Source: Nitrospiraceae bacterium
GTDB taxonomy: Bacteria > Nitrospirota > Nitrospiria > Nitrospirales > Nitrospiraceae
DNA: 46,364 bases
Direction: 5' to 3'
NCBI GenBank assembly: GCA_037442105.1
Contig: JBBIQV010000024.1
Coordinates: 1-46,364 of the forward strand
Position 1 is the first letter of the stretch. Each line of letters opens with the position of its first letter. Both the position numbers and the translations under genes were made by a program. Under the pieces are notes generated by a model. That model ran no database searches. It saw only the letters and a program-made list of their open reading frames with translations, and had not been told where the DNA came from. Positions 25,705 to 35,063 of this stretch are shown here, piece after piece.

Positions 25705-28700
25705 TTTTGATGTACCACAAGATCGACCTCCAATCGCCGACTATGTGGTGTGTTGATGTCGATACATTCTGGCGCCAAATGGAACAGCTGACTCGCTATG
25801 ATGTAGTTCCGCTCAGGGATTATGACCCAGACAATCCACGCCATGCTGTGATCACCTTCGATGGTGTATATGAAAATGTGTATCATTATGCTCTGCCTGT
25901 TCTCAGGTGGTTTGGCTACCCCTTCGAATTGTTCGTCATCGGAGATCTGATCGGACGGGACAACAGATTCGATCAAGCGGTCGAACCTCCGGCGATATTT
26001 GCGAACCGTGATCAGCTTCAGGCTTGTGTCCGGGCCGGTGGACGCCTTCAATGGCATAGTCGTACGCATTCTGATCTCGCTTCGCTGGGCGATGATGATC
26101 TACGGCGAGAATTGTTGGTTCCGGATGAGATCAGGGTACTTGACCCGGACGGTTTCCGCTGGTTTGCATACCCTCACGGGAATGTAGAAGGCCGAGTGGT
26201 CGAACTGGTTCAGCTCATGTTTGACGGGGCGGTTGCGTGCGACCGAAGTGCTCTGGTCGATCATTACCAATTGTCGAGAGTCACAGTCACCAACGCGACC
26301 TCGTTTGCCAAATCCACCGTTTCCCTCATCATCGCCAATTATAATTATGGCCGGTTCGCTGCCGAGGCGATAGAGTCGGCGTTAGCTCAGACCGTTGCGC
26401 CTAAGGAGATTGTCTTTATCGATGACTGCTCACAGGACAATTCTCTTGAAGTAGCCAGCCGGTACAAAGAGAAAATGAAAATTGTCAGAAACGACAGGAA
26501 TCTCGGGATCGTCGACAACTTCAATAAGGCCGTGTCGCTTACTACCGGGGACTATATCTGCTTTCTCGGCGCGGATAATCGGTTTCGCAGCGATTACGTT
26601 GAACGTTGTCAGCGCCTTCTTGATCAGCATCCGGAGGTCGGCATTGTTTACACCGATATGGTGTTGTTCGGCCCTAGGGCGGAGGTGTTGGCATTGCGCG
26701 TAGGAGCCGAGGCGCTTCCGTCTGCGGATAGGATGTTTGTCTGGCGGTGCCCCGATTTCACGGAGGAGAGTGCGCGGCGCTTGGCCTCTTCCAACTTCAT
26801 CCATGGGTCCTCGATGTACCGTCGCGAGGCTTTCGTGCAGGCCGGAGGTTACACGAAGAGCCATTTGCCGGAGGATCATCAACTGTTTTTCAGGATGATT
26901 CAGAAAGGGTGGAAGGCTCTGCGCTGTCCTGAGCGCTTGTTGGAATATCGGCAGCATTCGACTGATCAGGCCAACACCCAACTCAACTGCGCTCTCGAAC
27001 TAGCTCATGCCCATCAGGAAATCAAAGCCTTGGTTGAGGAAAATCTTCGCTTGAAGGCTACGTTGAATGGGATCTACGCCAGTTTTAGCTGGGAAGTGCT
27101 CGATGTGTGTCGTCGGGTGAAAGGCAGGTTGGCGCCAGAAGGGAGCGTCAGAAGGACGTTCTACTTGTGGATTGTGCATGCCGTTAGATTGGTGTCCTAT
27201 GAGGGACGAAAAAGGTTCATCAAGAAGGTTACGGATAAAGTGATCAAGCTCGTGTGCCCGCAGGTGACGACGGTCAAAGAGCGAAACCCGGTGAGGTGGA
27301 ACGTAACGGGCACAGTGAATCAGCACCCGACGGTCGAGGTTGTCATCGTGACATGGAACTCGTCGGCAAGTATTCGGTTATGCCTGGAAAGCGTGAGGGC
27401 ATCCGACTATCCGATCGACAAGATTGTGGTGCGAGTCGTCGATAATCACTCGGCTGACGGGACGATCCGACTCGTCGAGGAAATGAAAGGGCAGCTTCCA
27501 TCAATTGAAATTATTCAGAATTCCGGCAACGTCGGATTCGGTCGGGGTGTTAACGAGGGACTCGCTCGGGCCACGGCGAAATACGTACTGCTACTTAATC
27601 CTGATGCAGAACTTCGCTCCGACTGCTTGCGCAAACTGGTCGAATGCGCTCTATTGACAGAGGGAGAGGGATTTGGGGCCTGGGAGGCGAGACAGCAGCC
27701 CTTTGAGCATCCCAAACTCTACGATCCGGTCACGCTCGACACAGAATGGGTGTCGGGAGCGTGTTGCCTGTTGTTGCGAGTGGCTTTTGAGCGAGTGGGG
27801 GGGTTCGACCCAAACATCTTTCTCTATGCAGAAGATGTCGATTTGTCATGGCGATTAAGAGAAACTGGCTACAGATTGCACTATGTACCTAAGGCGGTGG
27901 TTGTTCACCATACGTATAGCGATGAAGGCGCCATCAAGCCGACACAATTCACCAATTCCGTTATTTCCAACGGCATTTTGCGCCACAAGTACGGCAGTCT
28001 TCGCAATATGGCCATGTGGTACTTGCGCTTTGCAAAGTTGCTCATCAGCCCTCCCAATGTTCCATCTTCCAGAAGTGCGCTATTGAAGGGAGGCGTCCTG
28101 GCTTCCGGGAAGATATTCAAGACCCTTGTAGGCAGGTTTTCTTCGAGGGCTTCCGTTTACCACGTTATCCCTCGGTTCAAAGGCTGGGATTACGAAGTGA
28201 GGCGTGTTGGCGCGTTCTATCGGATCAAGGCCTGCAAGGAGATGCCGTTGGTCTCCGTGATCATTCGAACAATGGAACGGCCGTCCCATCTTCGTGAAGC
28301 ACTGCAGTCTGTCAGAAACCAAACCTACCCGAATCTGGAAGTCATTGTGGTGGATGACGGAGCGGTGAAGTTCCGGAAGGTGCTTCAAGAATTTGCCGAC
28401 CTTGTCATTCAATTCATTGACCCGGAGGAACACCTGGGACGATGTCGGGCAGGCAATGTGGGACTCAAGAGGGCGAAGGGGAAATACGTCAACTTCTTGG
28501 ACGACGACGATTTGTTATTTGCGGACCATGTTGAAACGCTGGTTGGCGAACTTGAGGCGAACGGGGAGTGTGCTGCCGCCTATTCGACTGGGTTTCAAGT
28601 GGAAACGGAATGGAAATCGTTCGATCCGCTTCAATATGAAGAAGGAGATTACGAGGTTCTGCACCAACAGCCTTTTGACCGGAGTCTGCTGAAGACACAG

Positions 28701-28991
28701 AACTATATCCCGATCAACTGCATGATGTTCAGCCGTGTTTTGTATGAGAGACATGGAGGGTTCGACGAAGCCCTCCCCATGCTTGAAGATTGGGATCTTT
28801 GGAATCGGTATGCCGAGCACACAGACTTCATCTTCATTCCCAAAACAACCTGCCTGTACCGAGTGCCGAAGAGTTTGAAGCGTGCGGCGCAGAGGCAGCA
28901 AGCGTTGGATGAAGCCTATCCGGTGGTCATGAGAAAGTTCTCGCCTAACCACTATCTGGATTCTGTGAGGCACTCCTGTCCCGGCAGGTAA
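25701..28991 (+). CDS. Multidomain glycan enzyme: CE4/NodB-type deacetylase + GT2 + coiled coil + GT2 + GT2
   Basis: ILMYH/TFDG/HSRTH/FAYPHG; VSLIIANYN/DDCSQD; coil ending IYASFSW; VIVTWNS/LLNPD/YAEDVDL; VSVIIRT/FLDDDD/EDWDLW. Confidence 0.88.
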   Translation: MILMYHKIDLQSPTMWCVDVDTFWRQMEQLTRYDVVPLRDYDPDNPRHAVITFDGVYENVYHYALPVLRWFGYPFELFVIGDLIGRDNRFDQAVEPPAIFANRDQLQACVRAGGRLQWHSRTHSDLASLGDDDLRRELLVPDEIRVLDPDGFRWFAYPHGNVEGRVVELVQLMFDGAVACDRSALVDHYQLSRVTVTNATSFAKSTVSLIIANYNYGRFAAEAIESALAQTVAPKEIVFIDDCSQDNSLEVASRYKEKMKIVRNDRNLGIVDNFNKAVSLTTGDYICFLGADNRFRSDYVERCQRLLDQHPEVGIVYTDMVLFGPRAEVLALRVGAEALPSADRMFVWRCPDFTEESARRLASSNFIHGSSMYRREAFVQAGGYTKSHLPEDHQLFFRMIQKGWKALRCPERLLEYRQHSTDQANTQLNCALELAHAHQEIKALVEENLRLKATLNGIYASFSWEVLDVCRRVKGRLAPEGSVRRTFYLWIVHAVRLVSYEGRKRFIKKVTDKVIKLVCPQVTTVKERNPVRWNVTGTVNQHPTVEVVIVTWNSSASIRLCLESVRASDYPIDKIVVRVVDNHSADGTIRLVEEMKGQLPSIEIIQNSGNVGFGRGVNEGLARATAKYVLLLNPDAELRSDCLRKLVECALLTEGEGFGAWEARQQPFEHPKLYDPVTLDTEWVSGACCLLLRVAFERVGGFDPNIFLYAEDVDLSWRLRETGYRLHYVPKAVVVHHTYSDEGAIKPTQFTNSVISNGILRHKYGSLRNMAMWYLRFAKLLISPPNVPSSRSALLKGGVLASGKIFKTLVGRFSSRASVYHVIPRFKGWDYEVRRVGAFYRIKACKEMPLVSVIIRTMERPSHLREALQSVRNQTYPNLEVIVVDDGAVKFRKVLQEFADLVIQFIDPEEHLGRCRAGNVGLKRAKGKYVNFLDDDDLLFADHVETLVGELEANGECAAAYSTGFQVETEWKSFDPLQYEEGDYEVLHQQPFDRSLLKTQNYIPINCMMFSRVLYERHGGFDEALPMLEDWDLWNRYAEHTDFIFIPKTTCLYRVPKSLKRAAQRQQALDEAYPVVMRKFSPNHYLDSVRHSCPGR

Positions 28992-29060
28992 GGTTGATAT
29001 CGGGATTTTCGGTCTGGGAAGCGGCTGCACAAGTGAGCGGAGAAGGACCTTCGTCCGACG

Positions 29061-30173
29061 ATGAAGATCGTCTATTTCGCAAAGTGCACTGACATTGGTC
29101 CGAGTAGCCGCTATCGGATCGTTCAATACCTGCCCTATCTCCGATCGCGGGGATTGGACGTGACAGTCAAACCCTTGTTTGGCGCCACCTACTTCTGGCT
29201 GCTCACCTGGCGGGCGAAATGGCTGCAAGTTGTAGCCAAAGCAATCTATGTCCCGGTGAGGTTTTTCAAGCGTGCAGTGGACCTTCTCCCACTGGGGCAC
29301 GTCGACGTGATCGTTATTGAAGGTCAGCTATTCCCTTATTGCCCGGCAACGATAGAAAGGTTGTTGGTGCGATTGAAGCGGAAGATCGTAATTGAGCTCG
29401 ACGATGCGATCTATCTGACCCGCTTCCACCAGCGAAAGATTCCCGCGTTGTTGCGGATTGCGTCAGGTGCCATTGTTGGAAATCAGACGCTTGCTCAGTA
29501 TGCCCAAGCCTTTACAGATGATGTCATCGTGGTTCCGACCGTGGTCGATACCGACCGTTTCCGACCCGCGGAGTCATCCACTGTTCACCCGCATCAGAGT
29601 GAGGTGATGACTATTGTCTGGGTTGGCTTGGCCTATAACTTGCCTTATCTCGAATTACTGGCTCCGACCATTCGAGAACTTCAGCGAACGGATCGCGTAC
29701 GGTTTCGTGTCATCAGTTCCCGTCCACCGCGACTACCAGGGCTGGAAGTGGATTTTACACCGTGGACTTTCGGGAGCGAGGTGGAGGAATTGCAACGTTG
29801 TCACATCGGCGTGATGCCGCTGCCGAACGATGAGTGGGCTAGGGGTAAGTGTGGCCTCAAACTGTTGCAGTACATGGCGGTAGGCCTGGCGGTGGTTGCG
29901 TCTCCTGTGGGTGTGAATAGGGAAATCGTGCAGGATGGAGCGAATGGCTTTTGGGCTCAGACCGAAGACGAGTGGCATTCAAGGTTGTTGAGCTTATGCC
30001 GAGATTCAACGTTGAGGGTCAGAATGGGGCAGGTGGCGAGGCGCACAGTGGAGGAACGGTATTCATTGCGGGTCTGGGGGCCGCGATTGGCTGAGGAATA
30101 CAGAAATCTCGCGAACCGGGAAAAGAATCCTGGAGCCGAATGCGGCGCTGTGTGTTCAGGTCTGAAGGGGTGA
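29061..30173 (+). CDS. Glycosyltransferase family 4
   Basis: SSRYR, ELDDAIY, PTVVD, GKCGLKLLQYMA..VVASPVG. Confidence 0.9.
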   Translation: MKIVYFAKCTDIGPSSRYRIVQYLPYLRSRGLDVTVKPLFGATYFWLLTWRAKWLQVVAKAIYVPVRFFKRAVDLLPLGHVDVIVIEGQLFPYCPATIERLLVRLKRKIVIELDDAIYLTRFHQRKIPALLRIASGAIVGNQTLAQYAQAFTDDVIVVPTVVDTDRFRPAESSTVHPHQSEVMTIVWVGLAYNLPYLELLAPTIRELQRTDRVRFRVISSRPPRLPGLEVDFTPWTFGSEVEELQRCHIGVMPLPNDEWARGKCGLKLLQYMAVGLAVVASPVGVNREIVQDGANGFWAQTEDEWHSRLLSLCRDSTLRVRMGQVARRTVEERYSLRVWGPRLAEEYRNLANREKNPGAECGAVCSGLKG

Positions 30174-30186
30174 TGAGGAGTCACGC

Positions 30187-31245
30187 GTGTTCCTGTTGGC
30201 TCTCACATTCGGGCTTGCTCTGCTCCTCTCCTTGTATGGGGTTCCGCTAGCCCGGCGGGCCGCGCTTAGGTATGGAATCGTGGATGCTCCCGATGGACGG
30301 TTGAAGCACCAGCGCGAACCGGTTCCCTATCTGGGCGGGCTGGCGATCTACCTGGCCTTTCTCATGAGTCTGGCCTTTACCTTCGAGTTTCGTCACGATG
30401 TGTTAGGGGTTGTCCTGGCCGGCACCATCATTGTCATGCTGGGGCTGATCGACGATTTCGGCGTGCTGATGCCGCGGATCAAACTGGCCGGGCAACTGCT
30501 GGCCGTCTTTGTTCTCATCAAGAGCGGCATCAAGATCCAAATTGCGATGGTGCCGGACTGGCTTGATCTTGTCCTCACGGTGCTTTGGATGATCGGCCTG
30601 ATCAATGCCTTCAACTTGCTGGATATCATGGACGGGCTGTCAGCCGGCGTCGGCGTGATCTGCGCCGGCTTTCTCTTCGTCGTGGCGATTGTCAACAACG
30701 ATCAAGCCATCGCGTTCATGCTGATGGCCTTGATCGGCAGTCTGCTTGGCTTCCTGCGATACAACTGGCAGCCGGCCTCCATTTATATGGGGGACACGGG
30801 CGCCATGTTCATCGGGCTGATGCTCGGCGCGCTCTCCATGATCGGGCAGTATCCCGGCAGCCATCCGCTGTCTCTCTTGTCCCCCATGTTCATCTTGGGA
30901 GTGCCGATCTTCGACACGCTCTTCGTCATGTACATTCGCTCGCTGCGTGGGCTTCCGGTGTTTACGGGAAGTCCTGATCACATCGCGATCCGGTTGCGTC
31001 ACTGGGGCCTGTCGGTTCCGCAGGTGGTGCTGATCAATTATGTGAGCGCTTTGGTGGTCGGGACAGTCGGTTTGGTGATGATGATTGTTTCGCAAAAAAC
31101 CGCCTTGCTCTTGGGCGGCGGTGTCTTCTTACTCTTTGGAGTAGCCGCCGTTGTTTTGGCCAAAGTGGATGTGACCAACGCCGCGCGACCGTCGCTTGCA
31201 TCGCCCGTCATGTCGGGGCCAGGGGGGAGTTCGAGCGCCTCATGA
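30187..31245 (+). CDS. wecA: Undecaprenyl-phosphate HexNAc-1-phosphate transferase (WecA/MraY family)
   Basis: PYLGG, GLIDD, NAFNLLDIMDGL, YNWQPASIYMGDTG, PDHI; RBS GAGGAG. Confidence 0.88.
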   Translation: MFLLALTFGLALLLSLYGVPLARRAALRYGIVDAPDGRLKHQREPVPYLGGLAIYLAFLMSLAFTFEFRHDVLGVVLAGTIIVMLGLIDDFGVLMPRIKLAGQLLAVFVLIKSGIKIQIAMVPDWLDLVLTVLWMIGLINAFNLLDIMDGLSAGVGVICAGFLFVVAIVNNDQAIAFMLMALIGSLLGFLRYNWQPASIYMGDTGAMFIGLMLGALSMIGQYPGSHPLSLLSPMFILGVPIFDTLFVMYIRSLRGLPVFTGSPDHIAIRLRHWGLSVPQVVLINYVSALVVGTVGLVMMIVSQKTALLLGGGVFLLFGVAAVVLAKVDVTNAARPSLASPVMSGPGGSSSAS

Positions 31246-32585
31246 TCCTCATTGTCGGCGCCGGCCTGGCCGGTCTCAGCACCGCTTATCACTTGGATGG
31301 TGTGCCCTATCGGATTTTCGAAAAGGAGGGGGAGGCTGGCGGCCTCTGCCGGTCCTATCAGCACAATGGCTTCACCTTCGACATGACCGGCCATCTGTTG
31401 CACTTTCGGCAGCCGGCCATCAAAGCGCTCGTCGAGTCCCTCCTTGCCGGCCGCTTGCGGCAACACACGCGCCGCTCGTTTATCTATTCGCACCAGACCT
31501 ACACCGAGTACCCGTTCCAGGTGAACACGCATGGTCTCCCGGCGGAGGTTGTGCGGGAGTGTCTGCTGGGGTTCATTGCCACGCTCATTCCCTCCACCGC
31601 CTTCCCTCGTAAGCCGGAGGAGCGGAGGGTGGGGGAGCGCTCGTTCAAGGACTGGATTGTGGAGAATCTGGGCGAGGGAATGGCCAAGCATTTCATGGTG
31701 CCGTTCAATGAAAAACTCTGGCAGGTGCCGCTGGAAGAACTGACGTCCGATTGGGTGTCGTGGCTGGTGCCCAAGCCGGATCTCAGGGATGTCATCAACG
31801 GCGCGCTCGGGATCAAGGACAAGGAGTTCGGCTACAACCCTTCCTTCCTGTATCCGGCCAAAGACGGCATCAAGGTTCTACCGGAAGCGTTTGTGCCCGC
31901 CGTGGGCGAGATCGCATATGGATCCGAGTTGGTAGAACTCGATACGAAGCGTCGGCGGGCCGTTTTCACCGGAGGTCCAGCCGGAACGCACGAAGAACGA
32001 TACGACTTGCTCGTTTCAACCATTCCGATCCCCGAACTGGTCCGTCGCTGCACGGATTTTCCGGCTGCTCTCAGGGAAGCTGCAGCCGGACTACGATGGG
32101 TGTCGGTCTATAGTGTGAATCTGGGAGTTGCCAGAGAGAGCGTGTCAGACAAACATTGGATCTACTTCCCGGAGCCGGACTATCCCTTCTACCGAGCCGG
32201 CTTCCCGATGAATTTCTCACCGCAGTTGGGACGGCCTGGCTGCAGCTCGCTTTATGTGGAAGTGTCGCACCGTCCTACCAACGTGACCCCACCCGAACAG
32301 TTACTCGGGGCGGTCAGGCAAGGTTTGGAGCGCGCGGGGATTCTGCGCCATGATGATGAGACGCTGGTCGCTGACGTGAAAGACATCAACTACGCGTACG
32401 TGCTGTTTGATACCCACCGTGCCCGTGCGTTGCCGGCTATCTTCGCGGAGCTGGAACGCCGAGGCATTCATTCCATTGGGCGGTATGGCCGTTGGGAACA
32501 CTCCTCTATGGAAGATGCCATCGGTCAGGGGAAGCAACTAGCCGAACGGTTGTGTACCTTGCTGACGGAACGGGTCTCGGCGTAA
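31242..32585 (+). CDS. FAD-dependent oxidoreductase, UDP-galactopyranose mutase/protoporphyrinogen oxidase-like
   Basis: GAGLAGL, GGLCRS, FDMTGHLLH, FLYP, GRYGRWEHSSME. Confidence 0.78.
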   Translation: MILIVGAGLAGLSTAYHLDGVPYRIFEKEGEAGGLCRSYQHNGFTFDMTGHLLHFRQPAIKALVESLLAGRLRQHTRRSFIYSHQTYTEYPFQVNTHGLPAEVVRECLLGFIATLIPSTAFPRKPEERRVGERSFKDWIVENLGEGMAKHFMVPFNEKLWQVPLEELTSDWVSWLVPKPDLRDVINGALGIKDKEFGYNPSFLYPAKDGIKVLPEAFVPAVGEIAYGSELVELDTKRRRAVFTGGPAGTHEERYDLLVSTIPIPELVRRCTDFPAALREAAAGLRWVSVYSVNLGVARESVSDKHWIYFPEPDYPFYRAGFPMNFSPQLGRPGCSSLYVEVSHRPTNVTPPEQLLGAVRQGLERAGILRHDDETLVADVKDINYAYVLFDTHRARALPAIFAELERRGIHSIGRYGRWEHSSMEDAIGQGKQLAERLCTLLTERVSA

Positions 32586-32591
32586 GGCGGC

Positions 32592-33761
32592 ATGGACACC
32601 GTCTGTCACGTCATCACGAAAATGGAACTGGGCGGAGCGCAAGAGGTCGCGCTTTTTACCGTCTCGCATCTGTCGCGCGTCCACTTTCGCACCCTGTTGG
32701 TGACCGGACCGGGTGGGTTGCTGACCCAAGAAGCTAAGACCCGATCCGACATCGAAGTCGTAGAAGTGCCGTCTTTGCGTCGGGAGATACGCCCCCTCGC
32801 CGACCTGCACGCGTTGATCCGTCTCGTCTGTCTGTTTCGCCGGCTACGCCCGCGCCTTGTCCATACCCACAGTTCGAAGGCCGGCATTCTCGGCCGATGG
32901 GCTGCCTGGCTTGCAAGAGTGCCCGTAATCGTGCATACCATTCATGGCTACGGCATCACGCCGGCGCAATCGCCGTGGCAGCGATGGTTGCTCATCCAGC
33001 TTGAACGGTTCACTGGTATGATCACGGCTCACTGGATTGCCGTCGCACAGGCGGATATCGAGCGGGGGATAGGTTGGCGGTTCTTCCAGCGTGCGCAGGT
33101 ATCGCTGATCCGACCGGGGATCGATCCTATCCCCTTTGCGAGTGCAAGAACAGCGACAGAGCGGAACCGTTTGCGGAAGGAGCTTGGGATTGGGCCGGAC
33201 GAGTTGCTTGCTGGAACCGTGGCCTGCCTGAAACCGCAGAAAGCGCCGGAGGATTTTGTGGCGGTCGCAGCCAGGGTCTGCAAGGTGTTCGACCGAGCCA
33301 GGTTCGTATTGATCGGTGATGGGGAAGAACGGCCTACGGTCGAAGCGCTCATTGCTGCGGCCGGATTGCAGAATCGGATTCGGCTTCTGGGGTGGCGTCG
33401 CGATATCCCGTCATTGCTGCAAGCGTTCGATGCCTTTATTCTCACGTCTCACTGGGAAGGGCTCCCGCGTGTGCTGCTTGAAGCACGACTTGCCGGTCTC
33501 CCGGTCGTGGCGACGCGAGTGGGTGGAGTGGAGGAAGCTGTAACCGAGGGTGAACAAGGGTGGCTCTTCCAGGCTGGAGATGTGGAGGGGATCGCTGCGC
33601 AACTCTGCCTAGTTTTGTCTGACGAGGGACTTCGGAGTCGGCTTCGTCAACAACCGGCAGGACTTCCCAAAGAGTTCGACATCCGAGAGATGGTAAAAGA
33701 ATATGAGCAGCTCTACGTGCGGCTGTTGCCGAGCGTGCCGCCGATGGACCACGCCGCGTAA
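32592..33761 (+). CDS. Glycosyltransferase family 4
   Basis: GGAQ, VHTHSSKAGILGR, HTIHG, QKAP, WEGLPRVLLEA. Confidence 0.92.
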   Translation: MDTVCHVITKMELGGAQEVALFTVSHLSRVHFRTLLVTGPGGLLTQEAKTRSDIEVVEVPSLRREIRPLADLHALIRLVCLFRRLRPRLVHTHSSKAGILGRWAAWLARVPVIVHTIHGYGITPAQSPWQRWLLIQLERFTGMITAHWIAVAQADIERGIGWRFFQRAQVSLIRPGIDPIPFASARTATERNRLRKELGIGPDELLAGTVACLKPQKAPEDFVAVAARVCKVFDRARFVLIGDGEERPTVEALIAAAGLQNRIRLLGWRRDIPSLLQAFDAFILTSHWEGLPRVLLEARLAGLPVVATRVGGVEEAVTEGEQGWLFQAGDVEGIAAQLCLVLSDEGLRSRLRQQPAGLPKEFDIREMVKEYEQLYVRLLPSVPPMDHAA

Positions 33762-33800
33762 TGCGGCCGTACAGTCCTTCTTCAAGCCGGGAGGCTCTCT

Positions 33801-34919
33801 GTGAACGTTCCGCTCTTAGACCTCAAAGCGCAGTACCGTTCGATTCGGACGGAGGTCATGGCCGCCATTGAGGCCACGTGCGATGAGCAAGGCTTTGTCC
33901 TGGGCTCTCGTGTGGCAGCGCTGGAAGAGGCGCTGGCCAAGTATGTCGGGAGCACGCATGCGGTCGGGGTGGCGTCCGGCAGTGACGCGCTGCTGCTTGC
34001 CTTGATGGCGATGGGTGTGCAGGCTGGAGATGAAGTCGTGACCGTGCCCTTTACCTTCTTCGCCACCGGCGGGGCGATCTCGCGGCTCGGGGCAAAGCCG
34101 GTGTTTGTCGATATCCGTCCGGACACGTTCAACCTGGATTCCAGCCTTCTTGATCGCGCCATCACGCCTCGAACCAAAGCCATTATCCCGGTTCATCTGT
34201 TCGGGCAATGTGCGGACATGGAGGCCATCAACGTCATTGCCAGAGCCAAGAAGATCGGTGTGATTGAAGACGCCTGCCAGGCAATCGGGGCGGCGCGTCA
34301 CGGTGTTCGAGCGGGCGCGTTGGGTGATGTGGGGTGCTTCAGTTTCTTTCCGACCAAAAACCTCGGCGGATTCGGTGACGGCGGGCTTGTGACGACGAAT
34401 GATCCGATGCTGGCAGATGCTATCGCGATGTTGCGCGTGCACGGCAGCCGCGTCCGCTACATCCACGAGCAGATCGGGATCAACAGCCGGCTCGATGCCC
34501 TCCAGGCGGCTGTGCTTTTGGTGAAGCTCAAGTATCTCGGCCAGTGGACCGAAGGGCGCCGACGCAATGCCACGCGGTACGAGCGGTTGTTCGCGGAGGC
34601 CAAGATGCTAGACCGTGTGACATTGCCGAAGACCGACACGGGGAATTTCCACGTCTTCAATCAGTTCACCATCCGCGCGCCGAAGCGCGACGAACTCAGG
34701 GCGTATCTCAAAGAGAAGGGCGTTGGCACGGAGGTGTACTATCCGCTCCCATTGCACTTGCAGAATTGCTACCGCAACCTCGGTTACAGCAAAGGGGCGT
34801 TCCCTGTCTGCGAGCAGGCGGCGGAAGAAGTCTTATCCTTGCCGATCTATGCGGAGTTGTCCGAAAAGCAGCAGGCCTCTGTTGTGCAGGCCATTGCAGG
34901 TTTCTACGGCTCGCGCTAA
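33801..34919 (+). CDS. DegT/DnrJ/EryC1/StrS sugar aminotransferase
   Basis: [34 protein letters not shown] (PLP Lys), NSRLD, LSLPI. Confidence 0.94.
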   Translation: MNVPLLDLKAQYRSIRTEVMAAIEATCDEQGFVLGSRVAALEEALAKYVGSTHAVGVASGSDALLLALMAMGVQAGDEVVTVPFTFFATGGAISRLGAKPVFVDIRPDTFNLDSSLLDRAITPRTKAIIPVHLFGQCADMEAINVIARAKKIGVIEDACQAIGAARHGVRAGALGDVGCFSFFPTKNLGGFGDGGLVTTNDPMLADAIAMLRVHGSRVRYIHEQIGINSRLDALQAAVLLVKLKYLGQWTEGRRRNATRYERLFAEAKMLDRVTLPKTDTGNFHVFNQFTIRAPKRDELRAYLKEKGVGTEVYYPLPLHLQNCYRNLGYSKGAFPVCEQAAEEVLSLPIYAELSEKQQASVVQAIAGFYGSR

Positions 34920-35063
34920 CAACGATCCCAGCCTTTCAAAATTGCCCGGATGTTCCTCGCTGGCTTGGCGTCGATTCACATCTTATAATGACGGTGTGAT
35001 GACCCAAGCTGGTCAACCAAACGGGGTTTCGCACGTTCTATCGACTCAGAGGAGGAGGCGACG

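Noticed and set aside
21862..28991. True Nod-factor (lipochitooligosaccharide) biosynthesis cluster
   Set aside because: No NodA and no polytopic NodC-type synthase; the transporter is Wzm/Wzt and WecA indicates undecaprenyl-linked assembly
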